Source: the human T2T-CHM13v2.0 reference genome, Homo sapiens. From it: a DNA stretch of 64,000 nt. The notes below the pieces were generated by a model that did not search any database, was not told the origin of the DNA, and saw only the letters and a list, made by a program, of their open reading frames with translations. The stretch lies in assembly GCF_009914755.1 (NCBI RefSeq), contig NC_060936.1; one strand, 5' to 3'. Of this stretch, positions 18,485 to 34,437 are shown one piece after another (the first letter of the stretch is position 1; each line of letters begins with the position of its first letter). The position numbers and the translations under genes were made by a program.

Positions 18485-21233
18485 TCAACTGTACAGAGAA
18501 GCTTAAACACCTGTGGAAAAACACGAAAGGCTTAGTTGTCTCTTAAGTTCATGTACTTTTTAGTGATAAATACACAGTATTTAACTTTATACACCTGATA
18601 AAAGGAAAATGCATAGTAGAAAGGGTCGGGAATGAAACAGAAGCATCGGGCATTGAATCGATCACAGAGTAGAAAAATCTGCAGTCCCCAGAAACTCGGC
18701 CTCCAGCTGGAGAGGGGAACCAGCGTACCCTGAAACTTCCCTAGCACCTTGGAAGCAAGTGGAGGTCATGGTTCTTCCACTCGGCAACGTGAAGCTCCCC
18801 GCTGGAAGACAAGTGAGAGCGACAGGCCAGGCCTGTGTGTCCACCTGCACAGGCATTCTCCTTGTTCCAGAAAGGCTCTGAGGACGGAAGACCTGCCTCT
18901 CAGGAAAGGCCAGACCAGTAGGGAGAGGCCTCCGCAGCCCCAAGTGTCAACAAGGGGCTCAATAAGGCTTTCTGGGAGCCACTGGCAGCTGGTGGGATGG
19001 AAGGGGGAGGTGGAAAAGGGCAGAGGAAATGGGAAGTGGATGGAGGGTTTGTGCTTCCTTCGAGGCCACAAGTGCAGGCCACAGGTTGCTTACACCAAAT
19101 TGGTCCCACAGATGAGCTAGCAATGGAAGAAATTATGGGCGTCCTCTTTGCCCACTGGAAGAGCTGCTCATAACAGCACCTCCTTTCCTGACAGAGCTGG
19201 CTTTTGAAAAATCAATGTGCTCCAAGAGTGGCAGCTCAAATGCTCTGTGTTTACAGCCATCTTGGCTTATCCTTTTCATGTGGGGCAGGTCCTTTCCACA
19301 GCTTTCTTTGGTGTTTCTTCATTAAAAGAAAAAAAAAAAGTCATCAATGTGGGTCTCCCCCACCCCACTGCCCCCACAGCTGGGTGCTGCCTGATTGCTG
19401 GCATTCCCTGGAAGAAATCTTAGATGGAAGGTTCCGTGGTGGGGAGAAATGGCATTGTCTGATGCAGCTGTGTAAACAAGAGAAGCCCTGCAGAAGCTCT
19501 AAGCACTGCTGCCCCCTGGGCCAGCCACCAGGCCAGGCCAGAGCCCACACAAGCAGGCTGGGCCTAAGACTAGGGACCCGCTGGCTTTAACCTCTGCAAG
19601 GTGCTTATTGCAAACTAACCAAGCCCCATCTGGTGCCAGAAGGGGTGGAGCTATTGAGTCCTCTCCCCATAAACATAAAGCCAGGAGGGCAAGAGGAAGT
19701 GCTGGGTTACAAAGACCCAGCAAGCAGGCCAGACGACCCTCTCTAGACTACCTGTCCTTTGCTCTTCAAAACCAGCATTCCCTAATTCTGAACTGCTTAT
19801 AAGATAGCAAAACAAGTCTGGCTAAACTACAGTCAAGAGCTTAGGATCTATGGAAGCCAAGAAGGCCCAGGGCTCCATGAATGGGCTGGGCAGGGGCACG
19901 AGGCCTTGCCTTTGTCTGAGAAGTCCTCACACCACAGCTGATCAGATGGAAACAATGGGGAAGCAGAGTTTCCCGGTGCCGTCTTTCCCCAGCCCAGATT
20001 CCACCAAGCGCTGGAAAGCAGAGCTGGGAATCTCCCAAGGCAGAGTCCTTCCAGCTTTCCTCCCCCTCAACTTCACACTCCCCTACCTGTGGCTCTGGAA
20101 GGAGTCACACTTGAACCTCAACCAAACTTCCCAATATCAGTTGGAAGTCAAAAAGATGAACCCTTTCTTTCTGGACTTTTAGCTACAAAGGGGAACTTCC
20201 TGTGCCAAGCCCTGGTTTCCTCATACCCCAACGAGTGCTGTGGGTTTCAACAGTCTTCTCTAAAAGGGTGCCCCAAGGTTATTGTGTGGAGTCTAGGGAA
20301 GCTCAGATCCTCAGGATGATCATTTGTGTGTTGGTCCAGTGAAAGCATTTCCCACCTGGCCCTCCAGAAACTGGGTATTTCATTGACCACAACAATCAGC
20401 TAGGATTTAAAATGAAAACAAAACCTTAGCAGTCTTTAGAATATACAGGTTATGAACTAGCTAAGCTGCTAATATATATACAGGCGGGCATAGGTTTCAT
20501 CGGCTCTAACTGATCACATGCCTGAAGCTGTGAAATATATCCTGGAAGCTCTAAATAGTTTCTGAACTACTGTGCTCTAGAGTTCACTCTAGTTAGAGAC
20601 TTGAAAAATGTTTTTGTTTAATCTTAAGCCATGTAATGTACATGGAAGCATAGGATTTCACCCTGAAGTTTTCGTAATTTGACAAAGAGATTTACCAGAG
20701 CTCGGTCAGCTATCTCAGAAACCTGCTTTGAGCAGCTGTCATGAAGAAACACGTTCAGTCTTTCAGGAGAAATGTTTCCCCACCACAGCTGCTGAATACC
20801 CTTCCAGGCTTGGAAAATCCCCTTCCAGCAGCACTTATTAAATTTCAAGCCCTTTCTGTTTTCCTGACTACAATTCTACCCATAAAAAATTTAAAAATCC
20901 TTCTTACAAATAAGTTGCATCAAAGCTCCCTGCAGCTACTGAGGGCCAGCCCTGCTCTGACTCCTTGAGACCACGGCTCTGGAAGGTGCCATGGTTTCCG
21001 GTTTGCACTAGGAGCCACATCTAGCCCCCTACTCCCTCTCAAATGCAGCAACCACCTCCATGGCCTCAGACCGCCGGAGTTTTCTGCTCGCCTTTCCACA
21101 GTTGTCAAACCCCACACACAGTCACTTGGTATATCTGACGTGGTTCTGAAAATCACAATGAAGGATTTTTGGCATAAAAACGTTTTAAAAAGCAATTGTC
21201 CCAAAATGCACGTGGGTTTGGGTCTGCAACTCC

Positions 21234-21308
21234 TCACACCCGCCTGTCCAGCCAGCCAGCGGCCACGGTCGACGTCATGGAGTCAAGTCCTTTTTTTTTT
21301 TTTGTCCC
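21234..21308 (-). CDS. CAMKK2: CAMKK2 alternative terminal segment via a downstream acceptor (GTKKKKGLDSMTSTVAAGWLDRRV*, 556-aa form)
   Basis: gttgttttaaag|GGG acceptor, in frame after exon 16; matches a recalled CAMKK2 isoform C-terminus. Confidence 0.7.
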   Translation of the reverse strand, partial: GTKKKKGLDSMTSTVAAGWLDRRV

Positions 21309-21464
21309 CTTTAAAACAACAAAGGAAAAAACAAATAACCAGAGATGACGATCGAGGCTCTACACACGTGCTGGGTTTCCGTAGGACATGCTGCTATGGA
21401 AACGCGGTGCAGCAGCCCCCCAGAGGCGACGCGGCGCGCATGCGAGGTCGAGCGATCCAGGCAG

Positions 21465-21635
21465 CTACTCGGGCTCCATGGCCTCCTCCGGCCGCAGTGG
21501 ATGCATGCGTGCGGGGGAGCCGGGGGCGGGGGCCCAGCAACTTTCCACGCAGGGACTGCCTCTCACAAGAGCACTTCCTCCTCCCCCACGGGGGGCGGGT
21601 CGGTGCCCTGGAGGTTGTCTTCGCTGCCTTGCTTC
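21465..21635 (-). CDS. CAMKK2: CAMKK2 exon 17 coding part (EARQRRQPPGHRP...EEAMEPE*, 588-aa form); second frame KQGSEDNLQGTDPPPVGEEEVLL* ends at 21563 (541-aa form, exon 16 skipped)
   Basis: ttttctgttcggtgagcag|GAA acceptor; both frames appear in the ORF track (21465..21743 and 21563..21973). Confidence 0.93.
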   Translation of the reverse strand, partial: EARQRRQPPGHRPAPRGGGGSALVRGSPCVESCWAPAPGSPARMHPLRPEEAMEPE

Positions 21636-22805
21636 CTGCTCACCGAACAGAAAACCAACATTAAGACTCTGAGAAATGCCAGCGAGGCCCTGAGCCAGCT
21701 GCTCCCACATCTGGGCCCCCTGCCCAAGTGGGCCGTCGCGCACCCCCTGGAACGTGATCTACGTAACCCAGTCTTTGAGATCCTCTCCCCTTTTCCTTGC
21801 TCACATAAATTTTTCAAAGGAGACTTTGCACGCAGCCCCTCTGTAAATGAAAGACCAGCATCATTTGCCAAAAATAGCAAGGACCCGTACAACAGTTCCA
21901 AAACTATGTAACACCAAAATTCACTGCACAAATCCCAAGTAGAAGGCACCCCCCACCCCACGGCGCCTGTCATACCAGGTTTTTAGGTACTTCGATCCCC
22001 CACTTAGGCTATGAGCCCTTACAGGGAAGGGACTGTGACGCTTGTCCTCAGTCACCAGATGTTGAGTTCCTTGTGTGTGGGGGTGATCAGAGCCTCCCCT
22101 GCCTGGCCTGGCACACAGCTGGCCCTCAAGAAAGGGCAGATGACAACTGCTCCAGGGATCCTCCCGCCTCAGCCCTCCTGCAGCCAGCCCTGAGGGAGGA
22201 GCACCTCAGACAGAAGAGGAGGCCCCTTCCCTCTTGGAAGTGGGAGGAGGAGAGCCCTTGTTTCCCTGAAGAGCCCAGGCTGGAGCCGCCGGTGTGACAG
22301 CGTGGATGGCGTGACAGGTGCGAGGGGAATCCCCGAGCCTATCCCCTCACCACCATCACACAGCTCCCCTGTTCTTAGGGAGGTCACTGGGCATGCCACA
22401 TGGGTTACTGTCTGTCCTTCCCCCACAACAATCCGTGTCTCCTGTCCAGGAGGGAGACTGTCCTTACACAAGGGAAAGGAAGCGTGATGTCTGGCTTGCT
22501 ATGTTTCTGATGGAGAATGTGGGTAAGGTCCCTGGGGAGGGGGGCGCTGTAACTAGACGTTAGGTCAGGCCCTCAGTCTCTGCCCTCGCAGTTGCCTGTT
22601 GGTAGGGGTTGGGTCTTACTGCAGACGGCAGGCAGGCCCCCAGTCCAAGACCCCCAGTGCCTGAATCAGCTCTGTGAGCTCCCATGACCAAGGCATCCTA
22701 CCTGCTGGGGGCTGAGGGCAGGGGATCCCAGGTGAAGAAAGGAAGGGGCAGCATAGCCCTTTGGGGCCAGTCTCCATCTGCTGGTGTCTTGCAATTTTGA
22801 TCTCA

Positions 22806-22931
<126 letters not shown>

Positions 22932-23428
22932 CTACTAAAAAAATACAAAAATTAGCTGGGCATGGTGGCACATGTCTGTAAACCCAGCTACTCAGGAAGC
23001 TGAGGCAGGAGAATCGCTTGAGCCTAGGAGGCAGAGGTTGCAGTGAGCCGAGATCACACCACTACACTCCAACACTCCAACCTGGGCAACAGTGCAAGAC
23101 CCTGTCTCAAAAAAAAAAAAGAAAGAAAGAAAGAAAGAAAGAAAATAGGAAAGAAACCAACAGCAGACTTGCTCAGAGACAGGAGGCAGCCCCGGTTTGG
23201 CAAACCCTAAAATGGAGATTGAGAGGAGGAAGGCCGAGGAAAGGCCAGCCCGCTGGGTTTCCACTCCATCATCCGTGAGGCTCACACCCAAGGCGGGGCT
23301 GCCCAGGCGTCTGTCTGGGCACAAGCTGGGGACTGTGTCTGCCTTCTGAGACTGCTGAAGACCGGTTCTGAAGGACTGCCATTTTCCCTGCTCTATGCTG
23401 GAGGGCAAGGTTTCTCTCAAAAGCATAA

Positions 23429-23713
<285 letters not shown>

Positions 23714-24124
23714 TAGCCAGGATGGTCTCGATCTCCTGACCTCGTCATTCGCCTGCCTTGGCCTCCCAAAGCGCTGGGATTACAGGCGTGAGCCACCGCG
23801 CCCAGCCTTTTTTTTTGAGACAGATTTTTGCTCTTGTTGCCCAGGCTGGAGTGCAATGACGTGATCTCAGCTCACCGCAACCTCCACCTCCTGGGTTCAA
23901 GTGATTCTCCTGCCTCACCTCCCGAGTAGCTGGGACTACAAGTGTGCGCCACCATGCCCGGCTAATATTTGTATTTTTAGTAGAGACGGGGTTTCACCAT
24001 ATTGGCCAGGCTGGTCTCAAACTCCTGACCTCATGATCCACCTGCCTCGGCCTCCCAAAGTGCTGGGATTACAGGCGTGAGCCACTGCATCCAGCCTGCT
24101 AGTCAATCCATTTCATCTCGTAAG

Positions 24125-24605
24125 CCAACTCCTAACACTTTGTACACAAATGTTCATAGCATCAGTCTTCATTCGATAGCCAAAAGGTGGAGACAAGTCC
24201 ATCCACAGAGGAATGGATGAACAAAGTGAGGTGCATCCAAACAATGGAATCTTATTTGGCCATGAAAAGGAATGAAGCACTAATACATGTAGAGCATGGA
24301 TGAACCTTGAAAACATGATGCTGAGAGAAAGAAGCCAGACACAGAAGGCCACGTAGTGTATGACGCCATTTATACGAAACGTCCAGAATAGGCAAATCCA
24401 TACCTATTCTGAGTGGTTACTGGGGTGGGGGAGTTGGATGGGGACAGCTAAGGAGTGTAGGGTGTCTTCTTGGGCTGATGAAAATGTCGTAAAGTTGACG
24501 GTGGTAATGGCTGCAGAAGTCTGTATTAGAAACCACTGAATCATACACTTCCCGTGGGTGAATTACATGGTATGTGAATTGTACCTCAGTAAAGCTATGT
24601 TTAAG
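24125..24605 (+). mobile_element. Old L1M 3' fragment
   Basis: acacaaatgttcatagca and atggatgaaccttgaaaacatgatgctgagagaaagaagccagacac motifs; similar fragments near 1430-1740, 26600-27010, 37790-38360, 56915-57270 and 58660-59080. Confidence 0.75.
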
Positions 24606-24889
24606 AAACAGAAGTGACTGCCTGGAGCTCCCACCAAGTCAGGTAGCCATGATGTGCTCAGTGGGAAGGGCAGTGGGGTCCCCACCCACCACAGCACCTG
24701 CAGCAGGGGTGCCCAGCAGGTTCTCCCAGTCTCATAAGGACACAAAGCCTCATCTGTCCTGGGAGGTTCTGGTCACCTGGGCTGGCTATGTGTATGAAGG
24801 AAGGGTGGCTGACAGCAAGAAGGTCTGCATCCACTCGGGTGAGGGAACTCTTACGTTACTTTGCAACAGGCAGGAAGGGGACTTATTTT

Positions 24890-24895
24890 CTAGGT
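24890..24895 (-). CDS. CAMKK2: CAMKK2 alternative proximal terminal exon start (ACC TAG = Thr-stop, 533-aa form)
   Basis: strong acceptor cttctctttctttgatgtgtttag|ACCTAG; gives ...LSELKT* after exon 16; 3' end of this exon not determined. Confidence 0.7.
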   Translation of the reverse strand, partial: T

Positions 24896-25338
24896 CTAAA
24901 CACATCAAAGAAAGAGAAGTGGAGGCTGGAGAGCCCCTAGCGAAGAGCCACACAGTGCAGCATGCCTGACCTATGTGCTGACCATGCGGACTCGGGGGGG
25001 CACCCATGGGCCCTGTGACAGAGCTTCAACACCATTGACGTGCACTGAGAAGACATGGGTGCCACACAGGATCTTCAGACCTGGGTGCATTCTCAGGCAT
25101 TCCAGCTGGAGCGCCATGCACCCGCAGCCCCAGCCCACATGCATGACCCACCATTGGGTCCAAGCCCCCGAGGCCCCTCATTCTAATACTGGGTCTGGAG
25201 GCCCGCGGTGAGCCGGGCCACAGCAGCCCAGGCTGGAAGGAGCATCTGCCCGGGTGGGGATGCCCCCGTGCTCTGCAGCTGCCCACCCGCCCCCCTCAGG
25301 CCCCAGCAGAGGCTACGGCACAGGCAGGCGGGCGTTAC

Positions 25339-25381
25339 CTTGAGCTCAGACAGGGACTCACATTCCCTGGTTGGTTTTTTG
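25339..25381 (-). CDS. CAMKK2: CAMKK2 exon 16 (43 nt cassette, KKPTRECESLSELK)
   Basis: gattccag|CAA and AAG|gtaacg; length is not a multiple of 3. Confidence 0.93.
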
Positions 25382-25905
25382 CTGGAATCACCAGAGGGAG
25401 GGAAAAGGGAAGTGAGAAGGGACCCTTGGGATCCACGGGATGCCCGTTCCCCCACCCTGAGACACTCAGACCCCAAACACCAGCTTCATAGAGCTGGAGC
25501 CAGGGTGGCGTTGACAGCAGATGAGTGGACACCTCTCTGCATGGACACACAGGGTCCTGAGTGAGACCACACTGCTCGCCCAGCACAGAGCCTCAAACCT
25601 CCCCATCAGGCACTCACGGTCCCGGGCCACAAAAGTGCTTTTCTTCTGACTGACCAAGAGCCCCCCAGCTACAGTGCAAGTTCCCGAGAAAGGTAAACTT
25701 CAGGTGGATTAGCTGTCAGCAAAAGGAGGTGGGCTGAGCCCAGGTTGGGGTGCTGACTGTCCCAGTGCACCAGGTGGGTTTCATCTGAGTCTCTCCAGAT
25801 GGCACCACTTCAGGGAGGACCTGTGCAGAGTGGTCTGGGCAGGGCTGCCCCAAGCCTAGCCTCCAGCCACCACTCCCCCACCCAAGAAGGCAGGCGGCCA
25901 CTCAC

Positions 25906-26006
25906 GTGAGCAAGTTTCCAGGCGCTGACAGTGAGCGTTCCTCCCGCCGGCTGCCCTCGAATGGGTTCCCAAAGGAGCGTTTACGTATCATGGTCTTCAC
26001 CAGGAT
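25906..26006 (-). CDS. CAMKK2: CAMKK2 exon 15 (101 nt, ILVKTMIRKRSFGNPFEGSRREERSLSAPGNLL; CaM-binding region, Ser495 and Ser511)
   Basis: cctcttcag|ATC and CAC|gtgagt. Confidence 0.96.
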
Positions 26007-26998
26007 CTGAAGAGGGAGAAAAGAGGAGGTGGCAGGCAACTGCTTGGCCATGTGGGGGCGATTCTGGGCAACATCCTCCCTCTTCCTTCTCCCCAGCCCC
26101 TGCCAGCTCCCAGGGCTGGTGACCGATGGCAGACTTTGAGAGAAACTGGGCAGCACCACCCCGCAACCAACCCCCGCCGAAAGAATCCTCTGGGAAAAGG
26201 TGCTGTCCTGCACCACACCCTCAGCCACTGCTCAGCGTCTCTCCCAGGCCTCCCTGCTTTCCACCTCCCTCCCTCCCATCCCTTCCAAAACCCAGATCTG
26301 GTCCCCTCACTCCCTGACTCAGCATCCCCACCCAGAGGGGTCTGGAACTTGGCCTGTGGTCAGCCAGAGAGCCCCGGAAAGTTCTGGAGCAAGGACGTGA
26401 ACCAGTCATTCTTGGTGATGCTCTTGGCTGCCATTTCCCATGAAGGGAATGGCCTGAGGGCCCCATAAGAGTCACTGGGCCCCTCACCCCACCCCAACCA
26501 GGGCACGGTGCCCCTTCAAGCTGTTTTGGGAATTCACAGAGCTTCTGACTTTTTAAGCATTTGCTGCTAACAAGAAAAATAAGTGTTTAAGAAACACTGA
26601 TTTACCAAAAGATGCAAACACCCAAATGCCCATCAACTGAAGAAGATAAACTCAAAGCGGTCTGTCTGTGCAATGGAACATGATTCAGCCATAAGGAGTG
26701 AAGCACTGATCCATGCTACAACACAAACGGACCCTGAAAACCTTCTCCTACGTCAAAGTAGCCAGGCCCGAAAGGCCTCAGAGTGTAGGATTCCACCAGA
26801 ATACACAAATCTATAGACACAGAGGGCAGGTGAGTGGGTGCCAGGGCTGGGGGGAGGTGAATGGAGAGTCATTGCTGATGGGCGGGGGTGTGAAGTAATG
26901 AAAATGTTCAGAACTATTGAGGAGATAATTGCATGTCACTGTGAATGTCCCAAATGTCACTGAATTGTTCACTTTAATTTTATGTTATGTGAATTCTA

Positions 26999-27563
<565 letters not shown>

Positions 27564-29371
27564 TTATAAGGCCAGGAGCCCCTCCCCCAGCCCCCCAGCC
27601 CCCTACCCCTGAGAGCAGGCACTGGGCTAAGCTCATCTTTGACACCTATGCCTGGCACACACTGGCTGCTCCGTGTTTGCTAAATGATGAACACATGCAG
27701 GGGGCCTGGACCTTGCCATCTTGTCCCAAGTCAGACCACTTCCCAGTATCTACCCGCCCATCCCTGCTCCAGCTGCCCTGGTTCAAACCCTGATTCAAAC
27801 CCATGCTCTTGGAGTAAACATGTAAAACCTCGCCACACCCTCCCTCCACCTTCCTTGCCCTGCTTCAGTGGCCCCACCCAGTGTGTTAGCCCGTCCGCCC
27901 TCTCTCGGCGGAGTTAACACCCTACCATCCTCTCGGTGTCTATCCACTTCTTCCCAGTGGGTCCAAGTGTGCCTCCATTAGGGGCATGTCCTGTGGTCCC
28001 TCTACTGCACTGTACATACATTTGTTGGTTTGACCAGCATCTGCCTCTCAAGCATGGCAGAGGCCATGGGGGTTTTGTTCATCACTCCACCCAGCCCCTG
28101 CTCCCAGCACAGGCCTGAGAAACCACTCGGTGTTCAACAAGTGTTTCCCGTATAATGAATGCCTACTCCAGACCTCCAGGGCCAGACGCTTTCTCCCAAG
28201 AACCCGTCCCAGAGACCCAGGAAGGAAAGGGAGGGCAACTGATTCAGGACTGAGAACCTCCTGAGCCTGGAACACAGTAACCCACGGTGGGTGCAGAGTC
28301 CGACGCCAGCTGTCTCCTCGTCTACAGGCACAAGGGGTGGTTGAGGAAGGGTGAGTGGGTGTGGGTGGGTCTTCAACAGTGAAGGTCCTGCACAGCCCCA
28401 GGTGGGGAAAGAGTGGAGGAAGATGTGGATGGATGCCCCAGCCAGGGCTCAGCTTTGGGAGGAGGAGAGAGGAAGTGTGTGGGGAAGCAGAGAAGAGAGG
28501 TGCAAAGCTGGAGGAGCAGGAGCAGCATCTGGGCTCCTACAGGGGCAATCCTTCACAGCTGGACCTTCTGTGCCTTTCCAGCCAGTCTCAAGGGTCCCTC
28601 CCAGAGCCCAGGGGCCCGCCGGCCCACTGGGACTAGTGCTGGCCAACTGCAACCAGGCCTTTCGAGGTGGCTGTGGTGGGACAACCTGCTGGTCTCTGTC
28701 CCCAAGCCTGCTGCCTGGAACCTGGATCCCTGGGACTCTTGGTCTCTCTCTTGGAGCTAACTGCCCTCCTGGACAGGGACTTGGTCAGTGGCGATTCCCA
28801 GAGCCTCCAAGGTTAGGCCTGAGGACTCTACATTCTGGCTCCTTCTTCCTGGGTCAGGATCCAAATTCAAGGCCATAAAAGGGGACCTACTTGCTCCTAA
28901 GCAATTCTCACTCTCAGGAGATGGGCAGAACTTTCTGAGTGTGTGCGTGGAAGTCCCTGCCCCTACCCCTGGTGGCTGCCCACACAGCAGACGTGAGATA
29001 TGCTACGCCATCCACCCTGGAGCCTAAAATTCCAGCTAGGCGGGAATCCTGGCTTAGAGACCTGGGCTCCGGCTCCCAACCCTTGCCCCTGCCTGGAACT
29101 TCTCCTAGTTCCTCTCCCCTGATGAGCTCTGAAAGCAGGAATTCCAGAAGGATAATCTTCCCCTTCCTATGGTAACATGGAACCTGGCTCAGAAGATGCA
29201 GGGGTCACCTGGCCTGATACATGACCAAGGCCCAGAGGCCAGCAGCTGTGGATTAGGGGTGGCCCCCGGACATCTGACTCCCGGGCACCCGCCTGTGTCC
29301 GGCCTGTCCTGGCCAGGCCCCACCTCAGGCTCCTGGGTCCCTGCTCTGGGTCAGGGGTCCATCCACCTTAC

Positions 29372-29500
29372 CACGGTTGCCAAGCTGGGAATGTGTTTGA
29401 CTGAGTTCTCGACCTCCTCTTCAGTCACTTCGACCAGCGTGCAGTTCTCATCCTCCGACGGCAACGGCTCCGCCCCATGCCTCGTGACCCAGGGGTGCAG
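29372..29500 (-). CDS. CAMKK2: CAMKK2 exon 14 (129 nt, LHPWVTRHGAEPLPSEDENCTLVEVTEEEVENSVKHIPSLATV)
   Basis: tcgttgaag|CTG and GTG|gtaagg; end of the kinase domain and start of the autoinhibitory region. Confidence 0.95.
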
Positions 29501-30390
29501 CTTCAACGAACGACAGGAGGGGTGAGGGGCAGGTGTGGCTGGCTACCGGGGGGCCCTGCCAGCGAGCGGAGCCACAAGGGCATGCAGGACGGAGAGGCAA
29601 GGGCCTGTGGTCAGGCATGCAAAACAGCTGGCGAGCAGAGGGCAGGGGTGAGCAAAGGGGCGGAAACATGAAGACGGAGAGACAGGACGGGAGGAGCTAC
29701 AAGGCTGAAATGGAAGTGGGGCGATTCTCCATCCGGCCCCGGGTCTTGGCCGAAGTGATGGGAATTTGGCATCTGCCTTGCCTGGCTGCCCAAGGAGCAT
29801 CCATCACTCCTCAGCCACAATCCCTGACACCTGGGAGGCTCAGTGCACAGCAGGCAGCATTCTCCCCATCTCACAGCAGGAGAGGCTTGGAGGCATGGTG
29901 GGACCAGCTGGCAGGACAGGATCAGGAGAGGACCCAGGCAGGGGTCTGCCCCCTTGGGTCCAAGCCCCAATCCATGATTTTTTGGGCTGCCTTCTGTTAA
30001 GACCTTCAAATGCCAGTTAGCTAGCTGCCTAGGAAGTCCCAGGGCAAATCTCTAGATTTCCTAGAGGGCCAGATATATGTGTGTGGCATTAGTGGAGATG
30101 TGTAGGGGAATACACTTTCCTAAAAGTGCTTTCTGCAAGAGGGTGGGATTCAGCAGGCTGGGGAGGTCGAATTGCTCATTAATTTCCTCCCATCCTCACT
30201 GCAGTTTCTCAAAGGGACGGGCCTTTGGAAAGGACCTGAGCTCTGGGAATAGGGTGTGGAGCACGGAGGCCCCATGCCGGTCTGCAGAGGGTGGATCCCA
30301 TCAGCCCACGCCAATCAGAGCAAGTGCAGGCTGGCGGGTCATAGATCCCACTCCCACAGTCACAGTGCACACAATGCCCAAATCTTCCTA

Positions 30391-30657
<267 letters not shown>

Positions 30658-30725
30658 TCAGGGTGGCAGACACGGGACCGCCAAGAACTCGGACAGGAGA
30701 GATGCGGGACGGCGGGAGATACTCA

Positions 30726-30920
<195 letters not shown>

Positions 30921-32482
30921 CTAGGGGGCAAGCAGTTCCCATTCTCCCCGAGAATGGCCAAGACACAGGGGTGTGGGGCCTGGCCGACGCAGGGCAGAGC
31001 CAGGAATGGCCCTCTCGAAGGGCTAGAGCCTTTCCCAAGCACACTGCAGGCTCCCTCTGTAGCTGGGCCTCAGTTTACCTACTTACACCAAAGCAAACAC
31101 TGCTCGTCACCTACTTGCCAGGTGAACAACAGGAACAACAAGAATAACACAAAAGACTTTGTGTTATTTGTGGCAGCAGCAGTGATTTTCAAGGGCTTAG
31201 CCTGGATCGCGCCACGCCCTGCCCTGAGGTTTTCATTCACTGTTCCCCGTCCCTGGAATGTTCTTCTCACCAACATCTACGTGGCTTGGTCTCTCCCACC
31301 ATGCAGGTGTCTGACTAAAGCTCACCTTCTCAGGGAGGACTTCCTGAAGCCCTGTCTAAAACAGACAACCCCCAATGCCGCCACCGCCCACATCACTCCT
31401 CATCGTAGCACTTATCCCTGACGTTATCGTACAGATTTGTTTATTGTTTAACCCCTCCCACGGGAACGTTAGCTCCAAGAAGGCAGGGATTTCTGGCTGT
31501 CTTGCTCACTGCGGACTCTCCGTGCCTAGGAGCGTTCCTGCACAAAGTAAGGGCTCAATAAATATCTGCTGAATTAATGGATACTTGAATTATTTCTGTC
31601 AATCCTCTCAGAAGTCATCAGAAATAATAAGTAGTATTCTCATTTTACAGAAGAGAAAAACAGAAGTTCAGAGAAATAATGTGTCCCAGGAAGTACGAAG
31701 AGGGATTTAAGCCTAGATTCAGCTGACTCTGAAGCCTATTTTTGCACCACCTTCTGGGTGACAAATCGATGCTTTCACCCAGCTGAGGGCCTGACTCAAG
31801 AGCAGCTTGGTCATGTGTGCTGGAAAAGGAATCCTTACACGGGACACTGAAAATGTTGGAGAAGGTGGCAGAGAGGTACCTGAACCACCCGTCTAAGGAA
31901 AACGATTTCATTAAGAGCAGTGACTTGAGCTCTACCTAATCACTGCCTTCTAAGGCATTTGGAAGGAAGAGTGGAGATGGTGGTAACTTACTCTGAAATA
32001 CATTAAGAAACCAGATGGACTGAGGGATGGGTAAGGAATGAACAGACAAGCACAGGAAAAGGTTAATATAGTAGAATCCAGGTGGTGGGTATGTGGGTGT
32101 TCACTGGACACTTCTTCCAGCTTTGCTACATGATTGAAAAATTTTCTAATCAAATATTGAGAGGCAATCGGTATAAACTCCTTTACTTCTTCATGGGACC
32201 AGTTTCTTAGGCTTTCCTCAATAAGAACACAAGCTCAGGAAAGGGAAAAATCTACGTTTTTATTGCTCACATAATCAAACTGAACTTCAGAGTTAAAACG
32301 AGAAGGCCAGGCGTGGTGGCTCACACCTGTAATCCCAAATCCCAGCACTCTGGGAGGCCCAGGCTGGCAGATCATTTGAGGTCAGGAGTTTGAAACCAGT
32401 CTGGCCAACATGGCAAAACACTATCTCTACAAAAATACAAAAATTAGCCGGGTGTGGTGGCTGGCATCTGTAGTCCCAGCTA

Positions 32483-32681
<199 letters not shown>

Positions 32682-33053
32682 CTAAATCAATAATGGTAAA
32701 CAGCTTTTAACTTCCATTCCAATGCTACCCCTCTGACAAAAGCTTCTAGGAATACCCTGACGGAAAGAACATCAGAGCAGTATCAGGCTCAGGAGGAACG
32801 AGCACAGTTATTGATTAGTGATGTCTGCCTTGGGCTCAGAAATGGGAGAGGTGGCAGAACTGCTGTCCTTGCCCTAAATTTATCAACTATTTATAAACTC
32901 TAGAGCCTCTGCCAATCCTTCTGTTTTAACAGATCATTTTTTCATAGATATGATCATGACATACATACACATGTATATTTAGGAAGGCATCCTTTTTCAC
33001 ATTGAGATCTAGGTGTAGAAATAAAATAACTCTTCTCTTATTTTATTTTTTGA

Positions 33054-33323
<270 letters not shown>

Positions 33324-33375
33324 TAAAATAACTCTTAAATAAGTAAGTACTGTCTCCCCGCAAGGGTGACTATTA

Positions 33376-33606
<231 letters not shown>

Positions 33607-33921
33607 CTAGGCTCTGGGGCAGGCACAGGATCCAGGCCAGGCCAATGAGAGCACCACTACCCCCAGCCACAGTGATTGGTTCAAGCATGGGCACATGACC
33701 CATGTTGGGCCAATCAGAGCCAACCCCAGGGTTTTCACAGGCACTATTCAGAATGAGGAATGCTCTTGCCACTGAGGTTGGCAAATGATAGAAAGTAACC
33801 TGGTCCCTGGGTGCCTGACCCACCTGTGGAGGAAACCAAATAAGAAAAACAACTGAAAGATGGCGGGAGATGGTTTCTGTTTGAGTCCCTGGATCTAGCC
33901 AAGCCTGAAGCCTACCCCTCA

Positions 33922-34437
<516 letters not shown>

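Noticed and set aside
21240-21760. CpG-rich terminal exon with a CRE-like GACGTCA as an internal promoter
   Set aside because: CpG content is explained by GC-rich coding sequence, and a single imperfect motif is not enough evidence.
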